64,000 bases of DNA from Gloeobacterales cyanobacterium (GCA_038245785.1 JBBRSB010000019.1:22972-86971); one strand, 5' to 3'. Positions 42,636-54,301 are shown, counted from the first letter of the stretch. Made by a program: numbers and translations. Notes: a model not told the origin generated them from the sequence alone.

Positions 42636-43940
42636 TTAGGGCGTAATTTCTTTCAGTGTTTCCCGCGCTGCCGCAATCGTCCGGTCGATGTCTGCATCAG
42701 TGTGCGCGAGCGAAGTGAAACCAGCCTCAAATTGGGAAGGGGCCAGATAGATACCCCGCTCCAACATGCCTCGGTGGAAACGACTGAACTTTTTCAGATC
42801 TGAAGTCTTGGCATCTTCGTAGGATTGCACAGGCTTATCCGTGAAAAATAGGCCAAACATACCGCTGACTTGAGCACCGACCGCCGCATGACCGTTGTCA
42901 TGGGCAGCGGCAAGTAAACCTTGATAGAGTTTGGCGGTGATCCGGTCCAGGTACTCATAGGAACCGGGACGCTTGAGGAGTTCTAGGGTTTTCATGCCTG
43001 CGGCCATGGCCAAGGGATTTCCGGAGAGGGTTCCTGCTTGGTACATGGGACCAGCGGGAGCAACCATATTCATAATCTCTTTTCGGCCCCCATAGGCTCC
43101 TACGGGTAAGCCTCCACCGATCACTTTGCCTAGACAGGTCAAGTCTGGAGTTACGCCAAAGCGTTCTTGAACACCGCCATAGGCAATACGGAAACCTGTC
43201 ATTACCTCGTCAAAGATCAGTAGTGCTCCATATTTTTGGGTTAATTCCTTCAAGCCTGCCAAAAATCCTGGCTCTGGGACAATCATCCCTGCATTGCCAA
43301 CAATCGGCTCCAGCATCACCGCCGCTACTTGGTCAGGATTAGCTTTGAATAAAGCTTCTACCGCATCTAAATCGTTATAGGGGGCTGTCAGCGTATTAGC
43401 TGTAGAAGACTTGGGCACCCCAGGAGAATCCGGCAGACCGAGTGTGGCTACGCCCGACCCTGCCTGGACTAAGAACATATCGCCGTGACCGTGGTAGCAG
43501 CCACTAAACTTAATCAAAATGTCCCGCTGAGTAAACGCTCGGGCCAGACGCAATACCGATAAGCAGGCTTCGGTGCCTGAATTGACAAAGCGAACCATCT
43601 CGATCGAAGGTACTGCATCGATCACCATCTGAGCAAGGATGCTTTCTGGAATAGAAGGAGCACCAAAACTAGTGCCTTTAAGCATTGCAGCTTGTAGCGC
43701 CTCTAGAACTTCAGGATGGGCATGACCGACAATCGCTGGTCCCCAGCTCCCGATGTAATCGATATATTGATTGCCATCTACATCCCAGAGGTACGCACCT
43801 TGAGCCCGGTCAATAAATACAGGTTCTGAACCTACCGATTTAAAGGCTCGAACGGGAGAATTTACGCCACCAGGCATCAATTCCTTGGCTTGCTGAAAAA
43901 GTTCTTGGGAACGGGTTGTTTTAAAGGTGCTGGTAACCAC
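42636..43940 (-). CDS. hemL: Glutamate-1-semialdehyde 2,1-aminomutase
   Basis: [39 protein letters not shown]. Confidence 0.97.
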   Translation of the reverse strand: MVTSTFKTTRSQELFQQAKELMPGGVNSPVRAFKSVGSEPVFIDRAQGAYLWDVDGNQYIDYIGSWGPAIVGHAHPEVLEALQAAMLKGTSFGAPSIPESILAQMVIDAVPSIEMVRFVNSGTEACLSVLRLARAFTQRDILIKFSGCYHGHGDMFLVQAGSGVATLGLPDSPGVPKSSTANTLTAPYNDLDAVEALFKANPDQVAAVMLEPIVGNAGMIVPEPGFLAGLKELTQKYGALLIFDEVMTGFRIAYGGVQERFGVTPDLTCLGKVIGGGLPVGAYGGRKEIMNMVAPAGPMYQAGTLSGNPLAMAAGMKTLELLKRPGSYEYLDRITAKLYQGLLAAAHDNGHAAVGAQVSGMFGLFFTDKPVQSYEDAKTSDLKKFSRFHRGMLERGIYLAPSQFEAGFTSLAHTDADIDRTIAAARETLKEITP

Positions 43941-44102
43941 GGGACTTTCCTTTTGCTCTTATTTCTAGAGGAGGAGGCACTTAGGGTGCAACCCAAGGCA
44001 TATTATAGGCCGCTGTCAGAACAACTGACTTACCACTAAAGTTAACGAGATTTGGAATCGTCTTAAGGCTCTCTTAGGGGATCAGCGCTATCCTCGAAGT
44101 AA

Positions 44103-44207
44103 GACCCTCACCCCGCCCTACGGGCACCCCTCTCCCATGGGAGAGGGGAATAGCAAGTCTATTCAAGACTCCCCTCTCCTGCGGGAGAGGGGCCGGGGGT
44201 GAGGGTC
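44103..44207. repeat. REP/MITE-like composite palindrome
   Basis: Terminal IRs GACCCTCACCCC/GGGGTGAGGGTC enclose two CCCCTCTCC-N-GGAGAGGGG hairpins. Confidence 0.85.
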
Positions 44208-44231
44208 GTAAACCTTAGCTAGAGAAAAGTT

Positions 44232-46613
44232 ATGACCCTAGCAACATCGGTAAAAAAACAGACCCTAACGGCAGACGAACTTCGTAAGATACATGCCTAC
44301 TGGCGTGCGGCGAATTATCTTTCCGTCGGACAAATTTACTTATTAGATAATCCGTTGCTGCTAGAGCCGTTGAAGCTAGAACATGTCAAACCCAGATTAT
44401 TAGGGCACTGGGGTACCACGCCGGGGCTGAATTTCATCTACGTCCATCTCAATCGCCTGATCAAAGCACAGGACTTAAACGTGCTCTATATCGCTGGTCC
44501 TGGGCATGGGGGACCAGGTTTGGTCGCTAATACTTATCTAGAAGGGACATACAGCGAGGTTTACCCAAATATTTCCCAAGACGCAGAAGGAATGCAGCGC
44601 CTATTCAAGCAATTTTCCTTTCCTGGCGGCATTCCCAGTCATGTGGCTCCTGAAACTCCTGGTTCTATCCATGAAGGGGGTGAATTGGGCTATGCCTTGG
44701 TCCATGCCTATGGAGCAGTCTTTGATAACCCAGACCTGATCGTGGCGGCAGTGGTCGGAGATGGAGAAGCAGAAACAGGTCCACTGGCAGCCAGTTGGCA
44801 TTCCAACAAGTTCCTTAACCCCGTCCATGACGGAGCGGTATTGCCGATTCTGCATTTGAACGGCTACAAGATTGCCAATCCCACGGTGTTGGCCCGCATT
44901 AGTCATGAAGAGCTGGAAAGCCTCTTCGTTGGCTATGGGTATAAGCCCTATTTCGTTGAAGGCTCTGATCCAGAAGCAATGCATCAATTGATGGCAGGCA
45001 CGCTTGATGTAGCGATGGCTGAAATTCAATCAATCCAGCGAGAAGCTCGGATTCATGGATATACCAAGCGTCCTCAGTGGCCGATGATCATCCTGCGTAG
45101 TCCTAAAGGGTGGACGGGGCCGAAGGAAGTGGATGGTAAGAAAACAGAGAACTACTGGCGGTCCCACCAGGTCCCCTTATCCGAAATGGCTTCCAAACCA
45201 GAGCATGTGAAGCTTTTAGAAGACTGGATGAAGAGCTACAAGCCTAAAGAGCTCTTCGATGCGAAGGGTACATTGCTGCCAGAACTTGCAGCGTTAGCCC
45301 CCGAGGGAGCACGTCGGATGGGCGCAAATCCCCACGCCAATGGAGGCATTCTGCTTAAAGACCTGAAAATGCCCAATTTTCGAGACTATGCTGTTGAGGT
45401 CTCCAAACCAGGAATCCAACTTTCGGAAGCTACCCGTGTGATGGGCCAGATGCTCCGGGACGTCATGGAACTCAATGCTGAAAGTCGCAACTTCCGCGTA
45501 ATGGGGCCGGATGAGACGGCATCGAATCGGCTGGATGCTCTTTTCGAAGCAACGACTCGGATGTGGGCTGCTGAAATCCTGCCTGAAGATGACCATATTT
45601 CTCCCGATGGTCGCGTGATGGAAATCCTGAGCGAGCACATGTGCCAGGGCTGGCTGGAGGGTTACCTATTAACGGGTCGCCACGGTTTCTTCTCTTGCTA
45701 TGAGGCTTTTATTCATATCATCGACTCGATGTTCAACCAACATGCTAAGTGGCTGAAAACCACCCGGCACATCCCTTGGCGTAGACCGATTGCTTCGCTG
45801 AATTACCTCCTCACTTCCCATGTCTGGCGGCAAGACCACAACGGCTTTTCGCACCAAGATCCGGGATTCTTGGACCATGTAGTGAATAAAAAGTCGGAAG
45901 TGATTCGAATTTATCTCCCGCCGGATACGAATACGCTGCTTTCGGTTACGGACCACTGTCTACGCAGTCGCCACTACGTAAATGTGATCGTCGCTGGTAA
46001 GCAACCGGCCCTGCAGTTTCTCGATATGGATGCAGCGATTAAGCACTGTAGCGCAGGGATTGGCATTTGGGGTTGGGCCAGCAATGATCAGGGCTATGAG
46101 CCTGATGTCGTCATGGCCTGTGCGGGAGATGTCCCAACCTTGGAAACCCTTGCCGCCATCGATATCCTGCGCCAACACCTCCCGGACCTGAAGATTCGGA
46201 TGGTGAATGTGGTGGATCTGATGACCCTACACCCCCAAACCGAGCACCCCCACGGTCTATCAGACAAGGATTTTGACAGTATCTTCACCACAGACAAGCC
46301 GATTATCTTTGCCTTCCACGGCTATCCTTGGCTGATCCATCGCCTTACCTATCGCCGCACCAACCACAAAAACCTTCATGTGCGCGGCTATAAGGAAGAA
46401 GGAACGACGACGACTCCTTTCGATATGGTGGTCATGAATGATCTGGACCGCTTCAACTTAGCGGATGATGTGATCGACCGTGTTCCTCGTCTCAGCAATA
46501 CTGCCGCCCATATTAAACAAATGCTCCATAACAAATTGATCGAGCATAAGCAGTACATTGATAAGCATGGAGATGATATGCCGGAAATACGCGACTGGAA
46601 ATGGCCTTATTAA
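44232..46613 (+). CDS. xfp: Phosphoketolase
   Basis: [39 protein letters not shown]. Confidence 0.96.
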   Translation: MTLATSVKKQTLTADELRKIHAYWRAANYLSVGQIYLLDNPLLLEPLKLEHVKPRLLGHWGTTPGLNFIYVHLNRLIKAQDLNVLYIAGPGHGGPGLVANTYLEGTYSEVYPNISQDAEGMQRLFKQFSFPGGIPSHVAPETPGSIHEGGELGYALVHAYGAVFDNPDLIVAAVVGDGEAETGPLAASWHSNKFLNPVHDGAVLPILHLNGYKIANPTVLARISHEELESLFVGYGYKPYFVEGSDPEAMHQLMAGTLDVAMAEIQSIQREARIHGYTKRPQWPMIILRSPKGWTGPKEVDGKKTENYWRSHQVPLSEMASKPEHVKLLEDWMKSYKPKELFDAKGTLLPELAALAPEGARRMGANPHANGGILLKDLKMPNFRDYAVEVSKPGIQLSEATRVMGQMLRDVMELNAESRNFRVMGPDETASNRLDALFEATTRMWAAEILPEDDHISPDGRVMEILSEHMCQGWLEGYLLTGRHGFFSCYEAFIHIIDSMFNQHAKWLKTTRHIPWRRPIASLNYLLTSHVWRQDHNGFSHQDPGFLDHVVNKKSEVIRIYLPPDTNTLLSVTDHCLRSRHYVNVIVAGKQPALQFLDMDAAIKHCSAGIGIWGWASNDQGYEPDVVMACAGDVPTLETLAAIDILRQHLPDLKIRMVNVVDLMTLHPQTEHPHGLSDKDFDSIFTTDKPIIFAFHGYPWLIHRLTYRRTNHKNLHVRGYKEEGTTTTPFDMVVMNDLDRFNLADDVIDRVPRLSNTAAHIKQMLHNKLIEHKQYIDKHGDDMPEIRDWKWPY

Positions 46614-46687
46614 TTTCCAGAGTGGGGGCTGAACATTCAACCCTCTATGACTTCTAGTTTTTAACTTCTAGCATTTGGGGAGTGTAT

Positions 46688-47713
46688 ATGAAAGTAGCTG
46701 TCTTCAGTACGAAGATCTATGACCGTCAATTTCTCAACGCCGCCAATGCTCAAGGGCAACATGAGTTGGTTTTCTTTGATACTCAGCTAAATCAGCATAC
46801 AGCTCTCATGGCAGATGGTTTTCCCTGTGTATGTGTGTTTGTCAATGACCAACTTGATGCAAAAACGCTAGATATTCTTAGCACCCAAGGTACCTACTTG
46901 CTCGCTTTGCGCTGTGCCGGATTTAATAATGTGGATTTAGAGGCAGCTGCAGAACGAAAGATCACCGTAGTCAGGGTTCCGGACTATTCTGCGAACTCAG
47001 TAGCTGAATATGCTGTGGGGCTGATTTTAGCGCTGAATCGTAAGATCCATCGTTCTTATAACCGAGTCCGGGAGGGAAATTTTTCTCTCGATGGACTGTT
47101 GGGCTTTGATCTCCATGGCCGCACCGTGGGTGTCATCGGTACGGGAAAGATTGGTTTAATTTTTGCCAAAATTATGGAGAGTTTTGGCTGTCAGGTAGTT
47201 GGCTACGATCTCTATCCGAACCCGAAATTTGAAGCCTTGGGTAAGGCTAGATACGTTAAGCTTCCTGAATTATTAGCCTCGGCTGATGTCATCTCTTTGC
47301 ACTGTCCTTTAACACCGGATACCTACCACTTGATCAATGCAGATACCCTCAACCAAATGAAGCCTGGCGTGATGCTGGTCAATACCAGTCGAGGCGCTTT
47401 GATGGATACGGTTGCCCTTATTGCAGCACTGAAATCTCACCATGTTGGATCTCTTGGCTTAGACGTCTATGAGCAAGAAGCAGACTTATTTTTTGAGGAC
47501 CTATCCAATAAAATTATTCAAGATGACGTATTTGAGCGACTCTTGACCTTCCCGAATGTGATTGTGACAGGCCATCAAGCTTTCTTCACAGAAGAGGCTC
47601 TACTTCAGATTGCTAAGACTACTCTAGCCAATATCATCAGCGTGGAACAGCATCAACCTTGTCCCCATGAGATTAGAGTTCCAGAAAAGATGGACACTAG
47701 GGCATCAGCCTGA
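46688..47713 (+). CDS. ldhA: D-lactate dehydrogenase (D-2-hydroxyacid dehydrogenase)
   Basis: [38 protein letters not shown]. Confidence 0.9.
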   Translation: MKVAVFSTKIYDRQFLNAANAQGQHELVFFDTQLNQHTALMADGFPCVCVFVNDQLDAKTLDILSTQGTYLLALRCAGFNNVDLEAAAERKITVVRVPDYSANSVAEYAVGLILALNRKIHRSYNRVREGNFSLDGLLGFDLHGRTVGVIGTGKIGLIFAKIMESFGCQVVGYDLYPNPKFEALGKARYVKLPELLASADVISLHCPLTPDTYHLINADTLNQMKPGVMLVNTSRGALMDTVALIAALKSHHVGSLGLDVYEQEADLFFEDLSNKIIQDDVFERLLTFPNVIVTGHQAFFTEEALLQIAKTTLANIISVEQHQPCPHEIRVPEKMDTRASA

Positions 47714-47735
47714 CGCACATCCCTGAGCAATCCCT

Positions 47736-48374
47736 ATGAGCTTAACGCTATATTTCCTGCGCCATGGTGAAACTCCCTATAGCCAAACGGGTGGATACTG
47801 CGGCGATTTAGACCCTGAATTGACGCCTGAAGGTGTACAGATGGCAAAAGCTTTTGCTGAAGCCTACCAAACCGTTCCGTGGACAGCGATTTATGCCAGT
47901 CCGATGAAACGAACCATTGCTACAGCCAAACCTTTAGGAGATGCGGTCAGTCTTAAAGTACAGCTACGGGATGGTCTCAAAGAAATTCGCTATGGTCAGT
48001 GGGAAGGAAAAACTGCAGAATTCGTGAAGCAAAACTATGCAGAAGATTATGTCCGTTGGATGACCGAGCCAGCCTGGAATGCGCCCACAGGAGGTGAAAC
48101 AGCAGTTGAAATTGCCAGTCGTGCCTCCTTAGTCGTTGCCGAGATTCAGGAAAAATATACCACCGGAAATGTTTTAGTCGTCTCCCACAAAGCCACCATC
48201 CGCATTATTCTCTGTTCCCTCCTTGGCATCGATCTTGGGCGTTATCGGGACCGCATTAATGCGTTGGCTGGTTCAGTTAGCATCATTAAGTTTGAAGTCT
48301 ATGGTCCGCGCTTGGAAGTGCTGGGAGACCGCTCCTATATGGGTACAAACTTACGTTCTCGACCAGGAACTTAA
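47736..48374 (+). CDS. Histidine phosphatase family protein
   Basis: LRHGET, SPMKR, EIRYGQWEG, VVSH. Confidence 0.9.
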   Translation: MSLTLYFLRHGETPYSQTGGYCGDLDPELTPEGVQMAKAFAEAYQTVPWTAIYASPMKRTIATAKPLGDAVSLKVQLRDGLKEIRYGQWEGKTAEFVKQNYAEDYVRWMTEPAWNAPTGGETAVEIASRASLVVAEIQEKYTTGNVLVVSHKATIRIILCSLLGIDLGRYRDRINALAGSVSIIKFEVYGPRLEVLGDRSYMGTNLRSRPGT

Positions 48375-48445
48375 TTTGTCGTGTCTGCCTTTGTTCGTTA
48401 GATTAATAGGAGTTTAAGCGGACAAAAGCTGTAGGAGAAACTGCT

Positions 48446-48694
48446 ATGGAAGTTTCCCGACCGAATGCTAGAGAACTAACGCCTGAAGAGCAGCAAGAAC
48501 TCGACAAATTCAAAAGAATGATCGAGCATGCGGTAGCAGATGGCAAAATTTCAAAGCAAGATATCCAAGACCTCCAGCGCAAAGAACTTTCTGGTGGAAA
48601 CAAAAATTCTGAGCTGCTGTCTCACGAACTGGAATTGTATAGGACGCTCATTACCGAAAAGTTGCAGACGGGAGAACTTGAGTACGATTACTGA
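48446..48694 (+). CDS. Small acidic hypothetical protein
   Basis: AGGAG RBS, 82 aa, ADGKISKQD EF-hand-like loop. Confidence 0.7.
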   Translation: MEVSRPNARELTPEEQQELDKFKRMIEHAVADGKISKQDIQDLQRKELSGGNKNSELLSHELELYRTLITEKLQTGELEYDY

Positions 48695-48958
48695 TGGATC
48701 GTGTGCAGCGTCGTTCATGCGAGCTATAGATGAACCTGGAGATGCACCATTAGTCGCCGCTCAATCAGCCGGTTCAGAGAGTTTTTCAGATACTAGCTGA
48801 CAGACAAAATTATTGTCCATGCATCTTCATTTTTAGTCATTCAAGCTAATAGTTAATGTATAGAGGATTACGATCTACTGAGCAAGAATTGGCAAAAACC
48901 GAGCATACGTTGACTTCACAAAAGAGGTAAAATCTTACGCATATAAAGTTCTTTACTG

Positions 48959-49423
48959 ATGCTTGATGTTTTGATTCAAACCAATCTCCATTCGAAAGCA
49001 GCGGCAAAGGAAGCATTCTTGCCTGTAATCCGTGAATTAGTTCGGGCTTACCAAGCTCTATACAATTATTCTGCGCTGCATATCCGTGAACTTGGACTGA
49101 CTCCATCACAGTTCGATGTGATTAGCACCTTGGGCAATACGCCCGGAATGAGCATGAACAAGCTAGGGGAAAAGACACTTATTACCAAAGGGACACTGAC
49201 AGGAATTATTGACCGATTAGAACAAAAGGGCTTTGTTCGTAGAGAAGTACCTGAGGAAAATAGGCGCAGTTTTACCATTGTCTTAACGATAGAAGGAGAA
49301 AAAGTTTTTGAAGAAGTCTTTCCCGCCCACATTGCTTATCTCAAGCAACGCTTTGAAGACCTAAATCCGCAGGAAATGTCAGAGATCCAATCGATGTTGA
49401 AATCCTTGCGCGAACGATTTTAG
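48959..49423 (+). CDS. MarR family transcriptional regulator
   Basis: LTPSQFDVI, GTLTGIIDRLEQKGFV.R, RRS...LT.EG. Confidence 0.92.
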   Translation: MLDVLIQTNLHSKAAAKEAFLPVIRELVRAYQALYNYSALHIRELGLTPSQFDVISTLGNTPGMSMNKLGEKTLITKGTLTGIIDRLEQKGFVRREVPEENRRSFTIVLTIEGEKVFEEVFPAHIAYLKQRFEDLNPQEMSEIQSMLKSLRERF

Positions 49424-49465
49424 AACTTTTAAGACAAACTGCTCACATTGCTTCTGGCTCATAAA

Positions 49466-49494
49466 GTACTAGTTAGAATAGTTCTATGTAGAAC
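49466..49494. promoter_or_regulatory. Tandem palindromic operators, probable MarR sites
   Basis: GTACTAgtTAGAAT followed by the perfect GTTCTAtgTAGAAC. Confidence 0.55.
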
Positions 49495-49546
49495 ATTTAT
49501 AAAATGGAGCTTCCATGATTCAAAACAGCACCGTGAGGGATCAGTC

Positions 49547-50317
49547 ATGAGCGGTGTGCCCAGCATCTTCATCAGTCACGGTTCTCCCATGCTTCCCTTG
49601 GAGGCCAGCTCGGCCCGCGATTTTCTCCAAGGCTTGGGGCAGCAGCTAGGCCATCCTAAAGCCGTGGTATGCATATCGGCCCACTGGTCTACGAATCATC
49701 CCACTGTCACAGGTGCAGCTCATCCTCAGCTCATCTATGACTTCTGTGGTTTTCCGGAAGCTGCCTATAAACTTCAGTACTTCCCGCCTGGAGCACCCGA
49801 ATTGGCGACCCAAGTTACAGATTTACTCAGGAATAAAGGGATCGAAAGTGCGGTAGATAGTTCACGAGGGTTGGATCATGGAGTCTGGAATCCTCTGCTT
49901 TTGATGTACCCAGCAGCGGATGTACCTGTGATCCAACTGTCCGTCCAGACACACTTGGGACCCGCTCATCACTGGGCCGTGGGAGAAGCGCTAGCCCCTT
50001 TGCGTGAAGAGGGCATCCTGGTCCTTGGCAGCGGCAGTGCTAGTCACAATTTGGAAAAATTACGGGCTGCCCCTGCTCCCACCCCTAACTGGGTCAGTGA
50101 GTTTGTGGATTGGTTAACAAACGCAGTAACGGAGGATAAACAGGAAGCTCTGATCAACTATCGGCAACAAGCACCCCATGCTGTCCTGAATCACCCAACA
50201 GACGAGCATCTCCTACCGCTGTTTGTAGCGCGAGGGGCAGGAGGAACTAAAGGAACCTTACTCCATTCCAGCTTTACCCATACTATTCTCAGCATGGCTG
50301 CTTATTCCTTCGGTTAG
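49547..50317 (+). CDS. Class III extradiol dioxygenase (LigB/DODA-like)
   Basis: FISHGSP, ISAHW, RGLDHGVW, GSGSASHNL, HPTDEHLLP. Confidence 0.9.
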   Translation: MSGVPSIFISHGSPMLPLEASSARDFLQGLGQQLGHPKAVVCISAHWSTNHPTVTGAAHPQLIYDFCGFPEAAYKLQYFPPGAPELATQVTDLLRNKGIESAVDSSRGLDHGVWNPLLLMYPAADVPVIQLSVQTHLGPAHHWAVGEALAPLREEGILVLGSGSASHNLEKLRAAPAPTPNWVSEFVDWLTNAVTEDKQEALINYRQQAPHAVLNHPTDEHLLPLFVARGAGGTKGTLLHSSFTHTILSMAAYSFG

Positions 50318-50327
50318 AGGAACTCAA

Positions 50328-52304
50328 TCAATCACTGAGTAAGAAAATCAAAGGCCGCACATCCTCTTCAGCTGTCCATTCCCAATAGCGCACCAGAATC
50401 TGATACACCATCAGTCCGGTTTCTCCCTGGCCAGTAACGATGTAATTCAGGGACTGTTCCGTCATATTTTTACGGGTCAGACCAAGGAAAATAGACACAG
50501 GATCAATCATTTCGCTGACATAGGCAATTGCATTGGCAAGAGCTACCGCTCCGGTCACTTCGATGCAGAAGTCTTCTCCCTCTTGGCGAATTTGTAAGCG
50601 CAGACCGCTTAGAAAGTCACTGCAATCATCGTGCAGAGAGACATGCATAAAGGCAAAGGGATGCTTGGTTGAGTAAAGGCTGCGCAGCTGCTTGGCCTTG
50701 CGTTCACGAGGACCAGGAGCGTTACTAATTAGCGGAACCAGACAGACCTGCTTGCGGCAGAGCTTAGGCCATAGTTCTGCAGACTGCTCATCCATAAAAG
50801 TGATCTGCTCAACCCGTAGTTCCGTCGCTCGTTTTAGACGAGTGCCAATCCCAATCACTAAGACGAAAGCAATAAAACAGCTAGCGATGATCAAGCCATC
50901 GGGGCGTTCCCGGATGTTGTCCAACAGCGTGTAGGTAAAGACCAAGACCATGGCCCAAAAGTAGTAGCTCAGGGCCTTTAACTTCTTGGAGTTGAGGGCT
51001 TGCGCCTCACTCCCAAGAGCCAGGGCAACCGCTACCCCAGCAGAAAGAATCAGCACCAACACGCCCGTAGCGTAAGCACCGCCTTGAGCTTCAACATTGG
51101 CGCGAAAAACAGCCACTACCAGCAAGTCAATCGCCAATAGGGCTAAGACGAGGGGACGACTGTAGCTCACCCAGTTAGGAGCCATGCCAAAACGAGGCAA
51201 GTAGCGGGGGATGAGATTTAATAAACCAGCCATGGCCGAAGCCCCTGCAAACCAGAGGATAGCAATGGTCGAGATGTCATAGACCGTTCCCCAGCCGTCT
51301 CCCAACAACTTATGACACAGGTAGGCGAGGGCGCGTCCGGAGGCTGCTCCTCCACTAGCATAGTCAGCAGGCGGGATAAGCAAAGTCGTGACGAAGCTGG
51401 ATGTCATCAGCAATATGCTCATCAGCACGGCGGCTGTGGTCAAAAGGTTCTGACTGGCCTTGATCCGCCCCTCTGGGGTTGGCTTATTAGCATCATCACT
51501 CCCTCCTTTGATCAAGGGCATGACCGTAACCCCAGTTTCAAAACCACTTAAGCCCAGGGCGAGCTTCGGGAACGTGAGCCCAGCAGCAATCAGAATTCCT
51601 GTCCAATCTCCCTTCAGGGTGAGGGCTTGCTGCCAGTTGGCCCATAGTTCTGGGTGCTTAAAAATTTCCTGAAAACCGACTCCAATCACTATTACATTGA
51701 GCAGGATGTAGGGGATACCGACTGCGACAGCTAGACTGATAGCCTCTCGGAAACCAAACAGAAATACGATTGCCAGTAGGATCAAGAGAACGGATGTGAC
51801 CTGGAACTGAGCCCCTTCGAAGTACGCTTTGGCGAATGGATTACTCACTAAGTGCTCGGCAGCATCGGAAGCCGAGAGCGTCATCGTGATTACAAAATCA
51901 GTAGTAGCAAAACCAATTAATACCAGTACAAAAAGTTTTCCATACCAGCCCGGTAAGAGCTTCTCTAGCATGGCAATCGAACCCTGGCCAATGTATGAGC
52001 GCTTGGCAACCTGGGAATAAATCGGCAAGGCCCCAGCCAGCGTAACCACAATCAGCAGAAGCGTAGCAAGGGGAGAAACCGCTCCAGCAGCGAGCAAGGC
52101 AATTCCTGGCTGATAACCCAAAGTAGAAAAATAATCGACCCCAGTCAGCCAGAGGACGGAATACCAAGGCTGCGTTTTTCCTTCATGGCTGCCGCCGCCT
52201 GGTCCCCCCTCTGTTAACCAACGGCCCAAAGCTGTCTTAGCGGGCGTGGAACCGGGAACAGGTAACAGAGGCAGCGCTTTCGCCGCAGGTGAAGTTGTTT
52301 TCAT
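50328..52304 (-). CDS. APC superfamily transporter
   Basis: WLTGVDYFSTLGYQPG, LGLSGFETGV, QGGAYATGVL; about 12 TM segments plus a cytosolic C-domain. Confidence 0.85.
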   Translation of the reverse strand: MKTTSPAAKALPLLPVPGSTPAKTALGRWLTEGGPGGGSHEGKTQPWYSVLWLTGVDYFSTLGYQPGIALLAAGAVSPLATLLLIVVTLAGALPIYSQVAKRSYIGQGSIAMLEKLLPGWYGKLFVLVLIGFATTDFVITMTLSASDAAEHLVSNPFAKAYFEGAQFQVTSVLLILLAIVFLFGFREAISLAVAVGIPYILLNVIVIGVGFQEIFKHPELWANWQQALTLKGDWTGILIAAGLTFPKLALGLSGFETGVTVMPLIKGGSDDANKPTPEGRIKASQNLLTTAAVLMSILLMTSSFVTTLLIPPADYASGGAASGRALAYLCHKLLGDGWGTVYDISTIAILWFAGASAMAGLLNLIPRYLPRFGMAPNWVSYSRPLVLALLAIDLLVVAVFRANVEAQGGAYATGVLVLILSAGVAVALALGSEAQALNSKKLKALSYYFWAMVLVFTYTLLDNIRERPDGLIIASCFIAFVLVIGIGTRLKRATELRVEQITFMDEQSAELWPKLCRKQVCLVPLISNAPGPRERKAKQLRSLYSTKHPFAFMHVSLHDDCSDFLSGLRLQIRQEGEDFCIEVTGAVALANAIAYVSEMIDPVSIFLGLTRKNMTEQSLNYIVTGQGETGLMVYQILVRYWEWTAEEDVRPLIFLLSD

Positions 52305-52573
52305 AATAAACGTTCTACTTCGGCTGAATCGAATCTACTTTCTTTAACGTACCGGATTCTGTTCCTCCGCAAACAAACAACAGAGTTCCACAGGCCTTGA
52401 GTCCTATGTCCATGCCTTAGATTTGAGGTGGTTAAATCTAAATTGCAGAGGCCAGAATACCCGCTGGAGTAGCTTTGCAATACATCAGTCTCCAAACATG
52501 AAGAGCGTATTCTTGGATCAAGAATAGTGAGTATACTATTTTAAACATTAATTACACATCGCAATCATCAAAC

Positions 52574-53461
52574 TCAGCTATGGCCGCCGCCATATAGAGG
52601 AATTCTGTTTATTGCTTTAGACACAGAAATATAGCGTTTTTGCTGTTGATAGGTTGTCCATAGAAGAGAACAGCCAAATATCAGGGTGGAGAGCAAGACA
52701 ATACTGGCCCCAGACGCCACATCAAAGTAATAGCTTAGATAAATGCCGACGAAAGAAATTCCTGCCCCCAAAAAGCTAGAAATAATCATTAAGTGGCCAA
52801 ACTTATTCGTCAACAAGCGAGCGATAGAAGCAGGAATCACTACCGCCGAGATAATCAAGGTTACCCCTAAGACTTGCAGGGTAGATACCAAAAGAGTAGC
52901 CAGCATCAAAGCAAACAGTGTATCCATAAAAAAGACTGGCACTCCGTGGACTTGGGCCACCTCTCGGTCAAAACACCAAAACAAGAGCGGTCTATAAAAA
53001 ACAAAGACTAAGCTCAGGAGAACCACGGTCACCCCGGCCACAATCCAGACATCACTGGGGGCAACGCCCAAGACATTGCCGAAGAGGGCCGCTTCAAAAT
53101 TCTGACTAAACTTACGATAGGTGCTGATCACGGCCACACCGAGTGCAAAACTAGCCGTGGTCACGATACCAATCGCCGCATCAGAATAGACCCGTCGAGC
53201 TGTCAAATACTGAATCAGAAGAGCGGCCCCGAAACCCCAAATCCCAGACCCAATATAGAAATTCAAGCCCAATACATAGCTCAGGACAGCTCCTCCCAAA
53301 ATGGCATGGGAAAGACCGTGGGCAATATAGCTCATCCGCCGCGTAGTGATGTACACGCCCATCACGCCGCAGAGGAGGCCCGACAGAACACCTACCAGGA
53401 GGGCACGGGTAAAAAATTCATATCGAAATGGTGTAGCGAGTAGATCTAATACTTCTGTCAC
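52574..53461 (-). CDS. Mn/Zn-type metal ABC permease
   Basis: MSYIAHGLSH, DAAIG, LFGNVL. Confidence 0.92.
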   Translation of the reverse strand: MTEVLDLLATPFRYEFFTRALLVGVLSGLLCGVMGVYITTRRMSYIAHGLSHAILGGAVLSYVLGLNFYIGSGIWGFGAALLIQYLTARRVYSDAAIGIVTTASFALGVAVISTYRKFSQNFEAALFGNVLGVAPSDVWIVAGVTVVLLSLVFVFYRPLLFWCFDREVAQVHGVPVFFMDTLFALMLATLLVSTLQVLGVTLIISAVVIPASIARLLTNKFGHLMIISSFLGAGISFVGIYLSYYFDVASGASIVLLSTLIFGCSLLWTTYQQQKRYISVSKAINRIPLYGGGHS

Positions 53462-53482
53462 AGGTCCTATCCTTAGATTTTT

Positions 53483-54295
53483 TTAAAGCAAGACTTTAGG
53501 CAAATTACTCTGCATTTTGTGACGCAGGGTCGTCATTTCCTGGGCAATCAGAATCCGGTCACCCTGATGGAAAACAACCATGTCGGCCCCAAATGTTCTG
53601 GACAAATTTTCTGCTGTGAATAGGTCCGACGGCTGGCCCTGGGCAATCAAGCCATGATTGAAACAGACCACCCAAGGCAGGTGGGTGGCCACAGAATTTA
53701 GATCATGGGTGGAAAGAAGAATCGTCAATCCCTGCTGGTTGAGATCTGCCAGCAAATGCAGGAGTTCATGCTGGATATTCATGTCGGAACTGGCGGTCGG
53801 TTCATCCAAGAGCACGATATCGGGCTCTCCGACCAAGGCTCTAGCCAGAAAGACTCGTTGCTGTTGTCCACCCGAGAGCGTACCAATATGCTGACGGGCT
53901 ACATCAGCTACTCCGACCCGGTCTAGCAAGTCACGGGCAGCCGCTCTGTCTTTGCTAGAAGGCCACGGCCAAAATTTTTGCTGGCGATAGCGGCCCATCA
54001 TCACCACTTCTTCAGCCGTCACGGGAAAAGACCAGTCCACATTCTCTATTTGTGGTACGTAGCCGACGCCCGCCAAAGGAGTACCCGGTTTAATCGCCTT
54101 ACCGCGAAAGCGGACTTCTCCCTCCCAAGGAGCGATGAGGCCCAGAATTGCCTTAATCAGGGTAGTTTTGCCACTGCCTGACGGCCCAATTAGCCCAGAA
54201 AGCTGACCAGGATAGAGCCTCAGATTCACTCCTTCGAAAGTGACTTCATGGGCATAGCCACAGGTTAAATCATCCACTTCGAGTAATGGTTGCAT
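53483..54295 (-). CDS. Metal ABC ATP-binding protein
   Basis: GPSGSGKTT, GYVPQ, LSGGQQQR, LDEP. Confidence 0.93.
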   Translation of the reverse strand: MQPLLEVDDLTCGYAHEVTFEGVNLRLYPGQLSGLIGPSGSGKTTLIKAILGLIAPWEGEVRFRGKAIKPGTPLAGVGYVPQIENVDWSFPVTAEEVVMMGRYRQQKFWPWPSSKDRAAARDLLDRVGVADVARQHIGTLSGGQQQRVFLARALVGEPDIVLLDEPTASSDMNIQHELLHLLADLNQQGLTILLSTHDLNSVATHLPWVVCFNHGLIAQGQPSDLFTAENLSRTFGADMVVFHQGDRILIAQEMTTLRHKMQSNLPKVLL

Positions 54296-54301
54296 GGGGC
54301 A

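Noticed and set aside
52305..52573. c-di-AMP (ydaO) riboswitch
   Set aside because: Only a GCGGAGGAAC fragment is present; no GGGG...CCCGTCAGCTAAC elements
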